From positions 21,928,299 to 21,992,298 of the forward strand of contig NC_134025.1 of NCBI RefSeq assembly GCF_964204645.1: a stretch of DNA of 64,000 bases. Direction: 5' to 3'. The translations under genes and the position numbers were made by a program. Each line of letters starts with the position of its first letter. Position 1 is the first letter of the stretch. The notes beneath the pieces are model-generated. The model saw only the letters and a list, made by a program, of their open reading frames with translations, ran no database searches and was not told where the DNA came from. Shown here one piece after another: positions 12,601 to 26,600 of the stretch. The DNA is from Tubulanus polymorphus (Eukaryota; Animalia; Nemertea).

Positions 12601-15266
12601 GACGACGAGGTAGTGGCAATACTCAGTAAGTATATGACGTCACCAGCAGGCTCTAGATCTGAGCAATCGTATCAATCTATTGTACATGTCATGCCTCACA
12701 ACGGGAAGAGAATGCAAAATCAGTTCTACAGTCGTAAATGCATTCAACAAAAAATACACTCAATTTTGAAATTAGTTCATTTTCAATTAATGGAAGTTTC
12801 CAGTTACCAGGCGCCATTTTGAAGCGGTCCTATTGATCCCACATTGTTATGTTGGACAGATGTTAACATTCTTTTACATTAAAACCTTAAGCGCGATTTT
12901 ATGTCGCCTCGAAATTAAGATTAAAATCCAATGTCGAATCCCAGAACCGTGGGACTGGATCATGGCTTTCATATTAAAAAGGGACTTTTTTAATCGATGT
13001 ATTTTACAATAGTTCATCATTTTTACAGCAAAAGGTGATGTATTCGGCGACAATTTTTGGAAAGAGCCGTCTCTTGGACAATCCACAGCGAACGTACGTG
13101 CCTTGACTTACTGTGATTTACACATTATCAAAAGGGATCGCCTGCTGGAAGTGCTGGACTTTTACCACGCGTTCGCAAACTCATTCGCCAGAAACTTACT
13201 GTTGACTTATAACCTGCGCCATAGGGTAAGAAATATCGTAAAAACATTGATTTCATGTACCCAAGAATCTTCGTTTTAACTTTTGGAATCGGAGTTTGAA
13301 AAATTGCCTAGTACAATACCATCTAATGCCTATTTCAACTTGAATTGCGAGGACGTCCGGTGGCTCAGCTTAGTCAGTTTCGGTGGTACATACCTTTTAC
13401 ATGTTTTTAAAGGACCAGAATGGACGGGCGGTTGAACATCGTTTTTTAATCCATTTTACGCTGTATTGGAGGATTGCAAAAAGTACATACATGTTTTGAA
13501 TATCGTACTGTTAAAAACCAGGTCTCTGTGGGTTCCATAGGGATGTAAATCTCTTAACCCAGAGCAAAAATTTAACTATCGGTTATAACTGTGATTTGCA
13601 ATTTGGTCTAGGTCTAGGTTTATGTTTGGTTAATCCAAAGCAACGGCGTACTGATATCGATCATCATGATTGTGATGTTCTTTGTCTCCTACAAATATCC
13701 TCCAGCGAAAGGATGGATTTCATTTGGATTTGCTCAAAATAAGTAGTAACGTTATTACAAAAAAGTCATTGACATTTTCGAAAACAACAACTGTTAAACG
13801 TATCCCGAATACTGTATTTCTTTCCAACCAATGCGTGAATATCATTAGTATATCATATTTTAGTAAATTCGCACTGAAATCTATTAATGATTTATGAATT
13901 TTAGCTGATATTCCGAAAAGTGGCGGACGTCAAACGCGAACGCGAATTGGCCGAAAAGAGAAAAAACGATCCTCCATTAGATTTATCTAGCGACCATCCC
14001 GTGCGAAAGTTGATATCGAAATTCAGGAAAATCAGCGACGGAAAAGTTCTCGGCGGAAGTGACGCGGAGGCCGAATACGACGGAAACTGCGTGAACGACG
14101 TTTCCGACGAACAGAGGCCGAACAGCGCTAAATATACGAATGTGAATGAGATTACCGAACAGCTCGATAACCAGTCGAATCAGGTTAGAACTCCGGCGGC
14201 TCCGAAGCCGACCGCTCTCGCGTCGAAATGGGGACGATTCCTAGCGGGCGGGAGTGATAAAAAAGCTTCCGGCGACGCTAAGAAAGCGGCCAAATCCAAC
14301 GGCCCGGACGCGGCGATTGTTTCGACGTCGACGCTCGATAGAAGCGGTAGCGCTGCTGGCGCTTCGGTGGCCGGACAGGAGAAAAATGCGGGAACGGTAA
14401 CCGCAGCCAAAGAAGCGGCGCCCTCCAGACAGAAACCGTTGTCGAAATGGAATCGAATGATCGCCGCCCGACAAGAAACGATCGAAGAAACGAACGAGGA
14501 CGACGATACAGGCGCGCGACAACAACACGAGCCTGTAATCAAAAGCACCGATTCGGAAAGCAACGACGTGTCGTTCAACGAACGCCATCATCGGCTGAAC
14601 AACAATCCGTCCACGCGGGAGAATCACAACACAGAGCATGCCGTCTGCGCGATGTTGCCGGCTGCCGACCGGGACGCTCTGTTGAGTTCGCTCATGGACA
14701 TCAAAATCGAGATCAAAGACGAAATCGAACTTCTGAATCATAAAATGACTCGGATCGACGACCAGATCGGCGAAATATTCAAACTGTTCTCGCCGACTTC
14801 TTCGCCATATTCGTCGCACATGAGCAGCGGTCATTCTAGAGTTTATTCGACGGCCAGTAGTCAGTCTAGCGGGTCGGAGAGTAACAGCAGTATGCCGTCG
14901 CCGAAAAACTCTCCGCACCGTACATCGTTAGAAAACATTCCGCACACGTACATAGGACCTTCGCATCCGGGGTCGACTTTGCACAGCCACGAGACTGATA
15001 TAATACCCGGTACGGCACAGTCAAGCGACCAGAATCCACCGTCGACATCGACTCCTACGGAAGCGGCGTCTGCTGCAGCGGAGGCGGGTGGCGGTGGATC
15101 TGGCTCTTCGTCGGCCGGTTCTGGTCGGTCGGGGTCTGGCACGCCGACCGGCGTTAGATTTAAAGGGAAGGGTCGAACTAAAGGCCGGGTCCACCCGCAG
15201 CGAGTGTCTCCAGCCGTTGACGACGAAACAGCGCCGGTGAAAGATAGAGACTTAGACATCCTATGA
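6317..15266 (+). CDS. eag: Ether-a-go-go voltage-gated K+ channel (EAG/Kv10, KCNH1/KCNH5 orthologue); 5'-partial, 8 coding exons, ~1017 aa in the window
   Basis: Exons 6317-6445, 7180-7301, 10302-10697, 10842-11238, 11681-11880, 12373-12625, 13029-13225 and 13905-15266, all flanked by AG/GT with compatible phases. Peptides: PAC end [30 protein letters not shown]; [12 protein letters not shown]; [22 protein letters not shown]; S4 [12 protein letters not shown]; pore MTSVGFGNV; C-linker/CNBHD; [13 protein letters not shown]; [12 protein letters not shown]; C-terminal coiled coil [26 protein letters not shown]. The first PAS exons were not found and are presumably upstream of the window. Confidence 0.97.
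7851..8643. mobile_element. MITE with long imperfect terminal inverted repeats, in an eag intron (Harbinger-like)
   Basis: Left end AAGCAACGCGACGCCT...CCTACCGACGCAACTG is inverted to right end CAGTTGCGTCGGTAGGCGTCGCGTTGCTT. The internal motif CTTATGTCG recurs at least 5 times. GC-rich arms surround an AT-rich core. Confidence 0.7.
9180..9500 (-). mobile_element. Second, inverted copy of the Harbinger-like element at 48.3-48.9 kb, inside an eag intron
   Basis: Its reverse complement matches 48640-48900 (e.g. GGTGATAAAATCGCTTGTCACCG and CATTCTTCATTTGACCAATT...GTCAGGTTTAGACATTTTTGCGAA). Confidence 0.7.
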
Positions 15267-15285
15267 ATCATCTTAAATTGTAACG

Positions 15286-15331
<46 letters not shown>

Positions 15332-18300
15332 GTTATAAATGTAAATTGTATCATATTTCCAGTAAGTTTTTAAATCGCGTCTTTATGATTTAGAACTTTT
15401 GTATCAAATAATGTATATTTTCTATTCAAAATGAATAAGATTAGGTTTCGAGGCAACAAACGGGTTACGAAAGCACCTCTTACACGCGAATTTCAGTCGG
15501 CCACTGTTGAAAAATTGATGAAAATGTATTTTCGGCACTATGTAGCTATCAATCAATGCACGAAATATCATCACATCGCCTATAATGTATAGGACTTTAT
15601 TGTGCTAATGAGCCGTATATTTCAAAATTGTTGGATAAGCCGTTTAATGTCTCATTACTCATCCTCCTGATTAATTAGAGGAGGGGTCGCGTGTTTTTAT
15701 TTCCGACTACGCTTCACTGAACACTGTTAACAATATTTCATACTATATATCAATTAATATATTCCATCCATGGGTAAACGAAATATAATTCATGTTCGTT
15801 TTATGACTGTCTACTTAATGATTCTTAAGATGTGTACGTATCAGTGTATTTTTAAAGACATATCTAACACGCATTCTAAGATCTCTCACGCACAACCTAA
15901 GATCTCAAAAAAGAAGGGAGAAAAAGGCGAGAGATTTTATACGGCCCGTGTTCCCTCGATAGGGATTCGAACACTCCGAAATCCGGTGCGAATAGACCTA
16001 GCGCGCGTGTAGTTGCGCAACATGGCCGTGATGTCACTAACAGCCAATCAGAAATCACGTTTCATTTTCGCCCGGGTCATTGTATCGGCGATCTGATTAC
16101 CATTGGCAGCGACAAATTTTCCGCACTGGGACCTAATCGGCCTGGGTTCTCGATGCCATCAGGTTCGAATCTCTGCCGAGGGAGAATGAACGACAAGTTC
16201 AAACGTTATCTGAAATTCAAATTTAAAATCAGTCGCAGAAATATCCATTTGAAATGAATAATTAAAATTCTAACTACGGGTCTTGCCTATTAGTGGCTAT
16301 TCCAGTTTAAAAATCTTGAATTTGACAAAAAAACTTTTAACTTCAAAGAGCAAGCGAAATTATTGGCACAAACCGATTACAAAACCTTCCTTAATTTGGG
16401 ACCAAACTATCAAATATCCTGACTCGGTATGAATTACGATGTAAAGTGAAATGAATTGATCATATAGCTATATCTATTTTACGATAATTGCGATGTTAAC
16501 TAACGTACACAACTGTCAGCTGAAAAGAGCTCTCGAAAGTGTTTTATTCCAAACTATTTTATTGGTTCTATAACCAACCTGTTTTATCAGTTACAAAAAA
16601 AAATTTCTCTGTGATAAACTATACTGTATATACATATTATAAAACCACCATTTTCTTGACTTTCCCACCAAAATATGATCGTCTTTATGTTTAGATATAT
16701 ATAATATCACCTGTACATATTCAGCTATGCACTGCTAAATCAAATATTGACCGTTTTATACACTGTTCATTCGTTTTAACCGTTGCTGATTATAGATTTG
16801 TATAACGATATAAAACTCCGTACACGTTATGGGTTACGTTGTTCGTAAACCAGGTTTTCCGTGTTGTGTCTGCTGGTTATTCGTTCACGCTCGCGCATGT
16901 TCACTTGCTAGAGCACGCCAACACTGAAGGGCAGAATTCATTAGGTTTTTGGCGTACAGTACTGACGAGTGAAACCTGGGGTAGCAAATCAGAACATGAC
17001 CTAATCTATACGGAGGCAGTTAACCCTTTCTATATACATTCTTGCATCGAAATATTCCCATTCGGTCCACGCGCTGCTTTTAACCGCGGAAAGACTATTA
17101 TGAATCGTTGCATCTTTCGTCCGAACACGAAAGCACCGCACATACCAAAAGTTCTGAAAAGTTCTGAAATTTTCAAATGTATATTGCTTCGGTTCTCGTG
17201 AGTCTTTACCCATATAGTTTTAGATGATAATTTCATCGATCCGGATGCAAATTCAACATTCCTCTCGTTACAAAGAAAAAAAACCGATTTCTACGTCGGA
17301 TAAAAACAAAATTATCATTTATTTCAAATGAATAAAATTTCGAGATTCACCCATATATACATGTATCTTAAACGATTCTTTGTAATCTATATTTGACTTT
17401 TAACATGTGCTCAATAATGTTATTGTATTTCTTTTTAATAAAACGATTTGTTGAAGTTCATTTGACTTACTAAGTTGCACGTAGTCGGTCGTTTCTTTTT
17501 TTTTTACACATGAACGAGATTTCTGAGAGTTGCTTCGGGAACCGAGATTTTTATCTCTCAGGTCCAATGGATTTCATACATAACCGAAATTCGTCACTTA
17601 TCCCATTTGCAGAACTGGCAACATTTTTTTTACGGACCTCTTTTGGGATCCAGCTCTTCGCATCTTGAAGTTACTGACCTAATTGTGGCATGATGCTACC
17701 AACCTCCTGAGAGACCAAAGTAGCCGGTAATCCCACAGCTGACCATAATTTGTAACACCATTTCACAGTAGTTTGTGTTCCGAATCCCAAAGATCTCTTC
17801 AATTGTCAGTTCCTTTCCAACAGGCTCCGAGGAGAGACTTAAAATTACGTCTCCTCGTCATTATTTGCGAAATATAATCATTTTCAGGGAAATGCCATCT
17901 CAGTTTAGCGAGGATACCCTAACTCATTCATACTCGTCTACATCAAAAGCCTCACTTAATATCAATGGGGATCAAAGCGTAAGTGTAGAAGCCCACAAAA
18001 CGAGACAATCTTTCTCTGAGGCGGACAGAGAAACAACTCGAGACTTACCACGCGGCTCACTCGAGGATCAATTTCACATTTCAAAAGACTAATAATTTAT
18101 GATATCCTGTGAATAAGACGAAATTCTTATAAATAACTTATCAAGAAGCTGTGGTTGCAATCGCTTTAATTTTCACTATCATCATATTTATGATAATTAT
18201 AAGCATCATCATTATCATTGTTACATGAAATATTAATAAACAATAAGTGCGAATTTTACAACTGAAACAATTCTTCTCCTTCAGAACCACCTTTATTCAA

Positions 18301-19710
18301 TCGTATTTCGTCGGAAACATCATTCATTATTTAAGGGATGAATATCGACAGGCATTTCCGGTACGGTCTTTAACGATGGTGAAATTCTCTAAGGAAAACT
18401 ATAGTGTTATAGTGATTATGGAATCGTTCGTTGTTTTCGTCGTTACATCCGAGGACACTTTTTTGCCCTTAACATCTTCAGACTCGCTAACTTGCATTTT
18501 TCGTCTTTCGAGTTCTACCCTCGGGTCCTCCTTTTTATATACGTATATCGGTGCTCACTTTTACCAAGCAAGCGCTAAGAACCAGTTTTCAGGTATCACT
18601 TGTCAAATCAAGTATTCTTGTTAACAGTTCTAACATGGCTAAAAAAGGTTCTAAATGCTAGCAACTTCTGGCACCAATGTTACTTTCTGAGCTAAAAAAA
18701 ATAAAAACAGAGGACGGCTTTTTTACCATAATGAAAACAGCTTTGTCGAAGAGTTTGCATTTTTGAAATTGTTTTTAGTACAACCCTGGACTCTATACAA
18801 ATTGAACGAGTGTTGAACATACGTAGGTCCATATTCAGGAAATTAACAAAATTACTCACAAATGAATCTTTTTAAGTTCCATGGTGAAACACAGTACCGG
18901 TAAGAAATTGATGATCAGTTGGACGCTAATTACTCATTTTACATACATTGCAACAATGATTTTCAAGAAAGAAATTTATATATTGTCTCTCTACTGGTTG
19001 TCGTTATGAAGTCACCAAATCACTTAATTGAATCTAGAAGCAGTTTGGGGATCATCTTTAATGGGAATCGATGAATAAATACAACGAGGCGGATAATACT
19101 TAATAAGTTAACTAGTATATTCAAAGCGCGAGCTACCAATAGTAGCTTCATCGGGCGAATGAGCGATGAAGCTACTAAGTAAGTGAAGGCCCGTACTTCA
19201 AAAAACCTATAGTTCACTTATAATGTACTATTGGTCAATAATTTATTCTACCCCAGGTCAACACGTCTCCTCGACAAATCAATCTTCTCATAAGACACGT
19301 AACACGGTGATGATTCTCTGGTGATCTTGTCAGTGACGTCATTACCACGTTCTGTCATAGAACTTCTTTCGTTCTGGGTAGATCTGTGACGTGACAGGGG
19401 CAGTTTAGTCAGCTCCGGTCGGGTCGCTCACTCGGCTTCACTATAGGCCAAGCTCAGGTCTATTTACGACTCGACTAAGTTGTATATGGTAAATATACAT
19501 TCCACTAGTAAAGAAATGTTTTTCTAGTTTAGTCGGTATGTCCGCTATATAAGCGGCTTTGAAGCAATCTATCCAAAATGAACTCCCACAAAGTAGACAT
19601 TTTCTTTTTGATACAAGTGTATTTATTTTGATAAAATCCAGTTATTCATATGCGTAAAAATATCGAGATCCGTTCATGATTAAGAAATGGCAATGAAATG
19701 ACTTGAAGTG

Positions 19711-20070
19711 AATTTTTGACGCCGTAAAAACCGTTACAATAACGTTTTTATTCAAATGCGTTATCTAAGGGCTCTGCGTGAGTCGATGAATTTCGGCATT
19801 CATTTTCTGATTTGATATATTTTATTACTCTTATTTCATATTTGATAAATTTTGATAATTATTTTGGTAGGATGTGCACTACGCCATCAAAATATCGAGG
19901 CTAGACTGGTTGCCGGCCAATTTAAATCAATAATCTTCAAAATTCAAAACAAACTTTTTGATCCTTGATATCCTATAATTTATACAATATCATTTATCGT
20001 CGACAATACTGAGCAATATAATTTGTTATTGTTCGAGGCGTCAATATTCAAGATTTCTAGTTTTACTTTA
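19711..20070 (+). repeat. Dispersed ~400-bp repeat family, copy A
   Basis: Shares TTTTTGACGCyGTAAAAACCGTTACAATAACGTTT and GCTAGACTGGTTGCCGGCCAATT with copies at 28030-28430 (+), 32661-33071 (-), 44990-45226 (+) and 45795-46300 (+, interrupted). Confidence 0.8.
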
Positions 20071-20640
20071 CTTTCCTAGCATTTTCTCACATAACATACG
20101 ATTAAAGCATAGAACAAGAATCTTTTCGTTTCAACGAATGATCCCGCGTTTTAGACATATGGTGAAATGCAAAGCAGAGTCCAGTAGCTGAAAAGCTGAT
20201 TCGAATTAATTGTGGACAGACGCCTTCGTAATACATTGTAATCGAAACTGCTACATTTGTCCACCTGTTTGTTCCAACCGAACAAATCCAACTGATGGTC
20301 ACCAACGCTAATGCAAAATAATAAATGTAGTTTCTTAAGTTTTGGTTGACGACATTTTAAATCGTGAAAACGAATTATAATCTCACTCTTTTAAATTTTG
20401 ACCACACGTACGACGATTCGAGAACGAAAGGCGATTGCCTTTCTATTTCTTTTGACATATTGGAACGAAATGAAATGTCATGCTTTTTACAAAATACATA
20501 CATGTTAAACTATGCAAATTTTTTTTTCCAATTATAAACAAGATATTACAACATTTGTAATTTTAAGAAATATATACTATTTTTGAATGATTTCTAATTC
20601 TGAATATATGTTAAACACAATGTACTACAGCAGTAACTAT

Positions 20641-23600
20641 CTAGGCAATAAAATTCTGTTTCTCCACCTTTTCTGGCTCCATCAAAGGATAGTTCTGTTG
20701 TGTTGCTTTTATTTGGCTGCTAACTTTTGGTCCCCATGACGGGTCGGGCTTGCACGCAGTTTGAATCCTCTGAAAGCCGAAAGTCAGTTCAGATGGAAAG
20801 TTCTTATTACGATGATTATCGTCGAACACTTCAATATTTACCTTCATAAAACTGCCTTTGCCTGTGATAAGTTTTTCTATAAGTATACCGGGAATCGGTA
20901 AAATGGTCACGCCGGCTAGCGTCCAACCAAATGCTAAAGCCCAAACTGGATATGTGTAATCTCCATACGTCGGTGCGACGCTTTTGACGAGCGCAAAAAT
21001 AAGAAACATCTGAAACGCATCAAAAAATCTTTATTCAACTATGAACGAGAACGAAGACATGATGAGATTTAAGATAATCAGCTCGAAAAAGCCGTTTGAA
21101 TATGCCCATCTCTATTGAAAGTCGAAGTATAATCGGACTATAACAAGACCTTTTGGCAAAACGAAAACCACACGACCCGCATCTCGTGTCCGATCAGAAT
21201 GAACGATAATTTGTATTCGTCGGGCTGAACGAGTGATTAGTAGACCATTATGATGTGATGTGATTTACATATAGATGTTTAGCATAAATAATCAAGTTAG
21301 CATATGCCAATTATTGATTACGTACATGTATATACCTACGGAAGCGTCCTGGGCACATATTTATAACAACCGGTTGATGTTTATTCCAGTCAGTAACTCG
21401 GAATAAACTTATTGTATCACATACAAGTGATAGTTTATTCAGAGTTGCTAATTCGGGATAAACTTCTTATTTCTTTTCCAGTTTTTTTTTTACAGTGAAG
21501 GAGCCTATATTTTGGATTTTCGTATCGTTACAATCAGGCCTACTTACCGACAAAACAAATGGCGTAAAAAAGCACCAACAAACTTTCCATAAAACGAACG
21601 GTTGCTTCCCTATCATCAATTCGATATCTTGGTAGAATCTATTTACACCTGAAATTATGAAACAACGGACCGAAGTCCCAATCTTTAACTCAATGGAATG
21701 ACATGATTGTGGAGAGAAAAATTGAGAAGATGTCTTATTAGTCTAACAGCCACAAGCGATATAATAAACTGCAAAGATCTACCGTTTGAATTTTGAGAAA
21801 AAATTGCTTATAGGGATGTCATCATTACAGTTTTGCGTGTGTGTGTACTTAGTTTCCCACAGTCCCTAATTGCTGGTTATGTCACATGACAGTGGATATC
21901 TATTTACCATATATGCAGCAGACTACCACACATTCCAATATAGCTATAATGAGAACTGTGTAGGTACAGCCGTACCAATCAACGATCTGGAACCAGTAAA
22001 CTCCAGCCTGTAATATAAAGAGTTTACAATTAGCTAGCTTCTTGTGAATTTCTTAACGATCTCTACTCATGTCAGAACATTTATACAGTATGGAGTTGTT
22101 TATAATTAGCTTCTTGTGATCTCTTCTCGTGTCAGAAAATTAACGCTCAGACGACTCATTCTACAGAATTCTTACCTGTGATACAAACAAAAGGCCGACT
22201 GTAAATCCACAAATTATAACAGCAGTCAAGACTAACAGCCTTTTGCGTCTGAGGGTTTCTGGAAACCGGTCAACTATTCCGCTCACAACTGTTTCAACGT
22301 AGATAAACTGAAATGTATTATCCACACAATTTAATGCCATATTCATGATTTTTTTTTTAAACACGGATGCTCTCACATATAGAATAGTTTTAAAAGATTC
22401 TCCTTACCTGACTGTCGAGACCCATTGTCAGCAGCATGAAAAAGAATAATACAGACCAAATCGCTGCTCCTGGTATTTTTGATAAGGCTTCTGGGTAGGC
22501 CACGAAAGCAAGGCCAGGACCTTAATAGTTTTAATAAAGAGTTAGTCAAAAACTGAGCAAGGAATTAAAATATTACCACAAGCGACTTATTCGATATGAA
22601 TCTGAGGTTGTACCTGAGGTTACAGCTTCGCTCACAGAAACATTTCCTTCGTGAGCGATGTGACCAATGATAGAAAAGATAACAAAACCGGCAAAAAAGC
22701 TGGTGCAGCAGTTGACAATAGGGAAGACGACAGCGTCCCTGGGAGATGGACAGAAATAAAGTATGCATACAATATTAGTATACAGTATTGATACCGACGA
22801 ATCGTGAAAAAAACATCCGATAAAATCAAGATAATGCCTGCGCACCTGTAACAGTTGTGAGAAAATCTGTTGTAGCTCGCCATCGTTATCAGCGATCCCC
22901 AACCAGGCCCTAATGAGTAGAAAATCTGCAAACACGCTTCAGACCAGATCTGTATGATGAAAAATCGACACAATTTTGAATCATTAAAAGACAGAAAACG
23001 TTATCAAAATCGCTTTCGGTCGGAAAAAGAGTATCTGGTATACCTTGAACGACCTGAGTTTGTTCCAGTCTGGCGATATGAAAAACATAACACCTTCATG
23101 AGCACCGGGTAGTGTCAATCCTCTGATGAGAATTATGGTCAAAAATATGTACGGGACAGTTGCAGTCACGTACACAACCTGAAACGAGTTGTAAGCAATT
23201 TCTTATAGATTTACCGGCGTTTCTTCACGCTACATACTTTGTAATCTAATATTCAACTAACCTTTCCGGAAGATTTGAACCCTCTTATAACGCAGAGAAA
23301 GACGATTGCCCAAGCGGCTAATAAACATAGCGCCAATTGCCATCGCAATCCTCCTAAATTGTCGACACCATCGCTCATATCCAAAACGTGAAATCTGTAA
23401 GCAGTCGTTAAGAAATAAATCGTTTTGTCAAATTACATTTCGTGTATATGATCACTATAATCAAAAAATGAAATCCCTCGCCATTTTGAATTTCCGGTAT
23501 TACGGTCGGTTGTCGTGAACTCGTGTGAGGAATCTGACTGCAGTACGGTAGTCGGTTCCATACGTAGTACTTGACCCTACACAATCGAAATGAACTCACA

Positions 23601-26600
23601 TTCAAAAACACCAAGCCATTGTCTATTGAACCATAGAACTGTAACTATCCCGTTATAGTTCTATGATTGAACAGTGTAAAAAACTAACTTGATATTCCAA
23701 GGCATGGGATTTATATATGGCATCAATTTTTAAAGGCTACAATATCTAACGTTGAAATTAGATATAGATTTAAAAGAAAAAGCTCTGGTTATGAGAATTA
23801 CGATGTCCTTGCATCCTAATAAAATGTAGCATTTAGTTATTTGTTGCGCTACTTACTTCCAGAATTCTTCTCCGGCAGAGTAAGTTTTAGCGTAAGATAT
23901 GTTTGAAGTGTTAGATAAGCTGTTGAAAACATATTGTTCCGTGGAGTTAGATTCAGATGAGTTATTTGTAAAAACCGATTGATTCAGGGCTGCTGAGACT
24001 CCGGGCAGTCGGCAATTTTCGGTATTCCATTCGTTGTCACATTTGGACCACAGCGGCTCCCAACTTCTGAACGCGGATACCAAATAGTACAGTACCCAGG
24101 CAATGATCGTATTGTAATATGTCATAATGATGAAGTTTACCAGCAGGATAGCAAAGCCGATACCTAAAATGGAGAATAAACGACTATATTTTCTAATTTC
24201 TTCGCCTATTACATTGATTCCCAGCATTTTATTTCCTAAACGATTGGTTGATGGGGAGACATAAATAGATCAGCGTTACAGTAATCAGAAAAATAGGTCA
24301 TGAACCTTTCCTCGCTCTAATTAGATGTCTTCTAAAATGGCTGATGTTTGTACTTCATTTTGTTATGATTTTCTTTTAATGAATTTAATGCCTCCTTGTA
24401 ATTATTAACATTTTAAACTATGCTAAAAACTTTCCTACAGTTATTTAGCACCAAAAAATTCTCACGTCAACATGGAACACCCCACCAAATAACCGTGATG
24501 TGTCCTCCAAAAAACCTCCAACCAATTTACATAGTTATCTAGATTCATAAAAATACTTACCCGAAAGTAGCGGACATATCTTGAACACAGTCGCTGCACT
24601 TTCACTTGAGTACTGACCCAATGCAATCTCCATTAAACAGAGTGGAATGCCAGCGATGATCATGAATATGAAATACGGAATCAGGAACGCGCCTAAAAAG
24701 ATAAGCATTCAATTGCAACTTCTGGAAAGGTCGTAAAAGTGGCGGCAATGATCGTCTGTGGGCTTCGAATGTACCGGATTTGGTTTTTGATGCGTGATCA
24801 TTGTATTGATGCACAGAACGTGACATTATACACTAGCAAAAACACCCATCTTAGATGGGGTGGAAAATTATGCGAGGCTCCTTTAGTGTGTCAGCCTAAT
24901 AAATCCCATCAAGCGATGTTCCTTCCCGGAAGCCTGACCAGAATGTTCCACATAACACTGCAGTAATAGATATCACAGGACACGCAAATATGTACACGCC
25001 AACTTCTGGGATCTACCGGGATTTTGGGGATTTAAATCTCTGGTGGAACTTAGACCCTTGATCCAAATAAGATTCATCTTTACCATGAGAATATATTCCT
25101 CTGTGTAAATACCAACGTTTATGACCAAACAATGAATAGATTTCGTACTAAACTGGTTATGAAAAACGAGTTTCCCCTTTAAAGTATAGACGTATATATA
25201 GTATAGATACATTAAAACATTTACATCTCATCCTGCTTTGGGGTTGATATAACTTCATATTTTTTTAATCTTTTTTCAATCATTTTATGAAGATTCTGCC
25301 ATGGTAAATCAATTTTCTGTAATCATCTTCTTTACAACACACGACTGGATATCCAGTTGATATTATTTAGTTTAGATGGTAGAAATTTCAATAGCAATTT
25401 TGCCAAGCATCAAAGGCGAATATCAACATCAATCGGTATATGACAGTATGGTATTTGTATGATTAGAGGAGATATTGTAAGCGGAAGAGATAAGCGGAAG
25501 CGAGAGCGTAAAAGTACGTTAGAGTGAGCCGTAACAAGCTCTGTGGTTAAGATCTGAAAGTTGTGAGCTGCAGGAAAGAAGAGAAATTAAAAGAATATAC
25601 AAGAAAATCAGGCGCTGTTGGCTTGGTTTGCCCTTGGAGTACTCCAAGGTTTGCCTGTATGGTTTTAATAACACCCGGTGATGATTGTATTCTGAATGTA
25701 TTTCAAAGTAGTCTCAATGTAAACACGTTGCGAATATTTCACCCCGGCGATTTAGTGCGACTGAAAAATCCCCCGCAGTGAGCGATATTCAGAGCCGAGC
25801 TGATAGCGCTGTTGGCGCACGCATAGATTTTGTCGGAAAATTTGACCATTTTTGTCAGAAGATTTGATGCCAGCACCATAGTGTTTTTCAAAGAGTGTAT
25901 TCGGCGACGTGAATTTCAGCAATCGACGAAAGCCCGACTGCGAGGGGTGTTCGATGGGGTCTCCCCTCGACGAAAGAATGTTTTGGAATTCATTATTGTA
26001 CCAATACCAATACCGTGATCACAATACCATTGTATATTCATCATTCAGCACAAGCAAATACCACTTCTGTATTTTTTATAATACACCTTAATTGAAAGAA
26101 GGTCACTTGGACCACCTCCTCCTCCGTAAATCCACCCTGGGATAGTGTGTGCATAAGGGACGCAATGCGAATTTTCTAGAGGAAAAATCGACTGGCACAA
26201 ATCAAACATGATATCATCGTCTGGGCCGGTGTGTCTCACCATGAGAGTCACGGTCTCACCCTCCAAGATCTCATATACCTCTGCTGAATATATTCGGCGA
26301 AAACGTATACATACTGAATCGTGCGAATAAGCCTTCGCTCCGAGTTCGCCTAAATGTGTCAAACTTGGTCGAAGTAATTTGCCTAGTGTCGGGCCACTGC
26401 CTTTATGCTTTATGTTCATTTCTGTATTTTGGTTTCAAAACATCAACGAAAGATATCATTCAGAAATAAAGTCAAGGGTAGATATGTATTTGAAAGTCGA
26501 CATCGCCGTACTACGTTTCGAAAGTAGTGTTGCGGAAGTTAACGAAAATAAAGGATGATACCGCCGGGGCTGTGATAGTAGAAATTATTAATCATTGACA

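Noticed and set aside
14180-15271. Long antisense and alternate-frame ORFs (up to 225 aa) over the last eag exon
   Set aside because: Shadow ORFs of a GC-rich coding exon, with no recognisable motifs.
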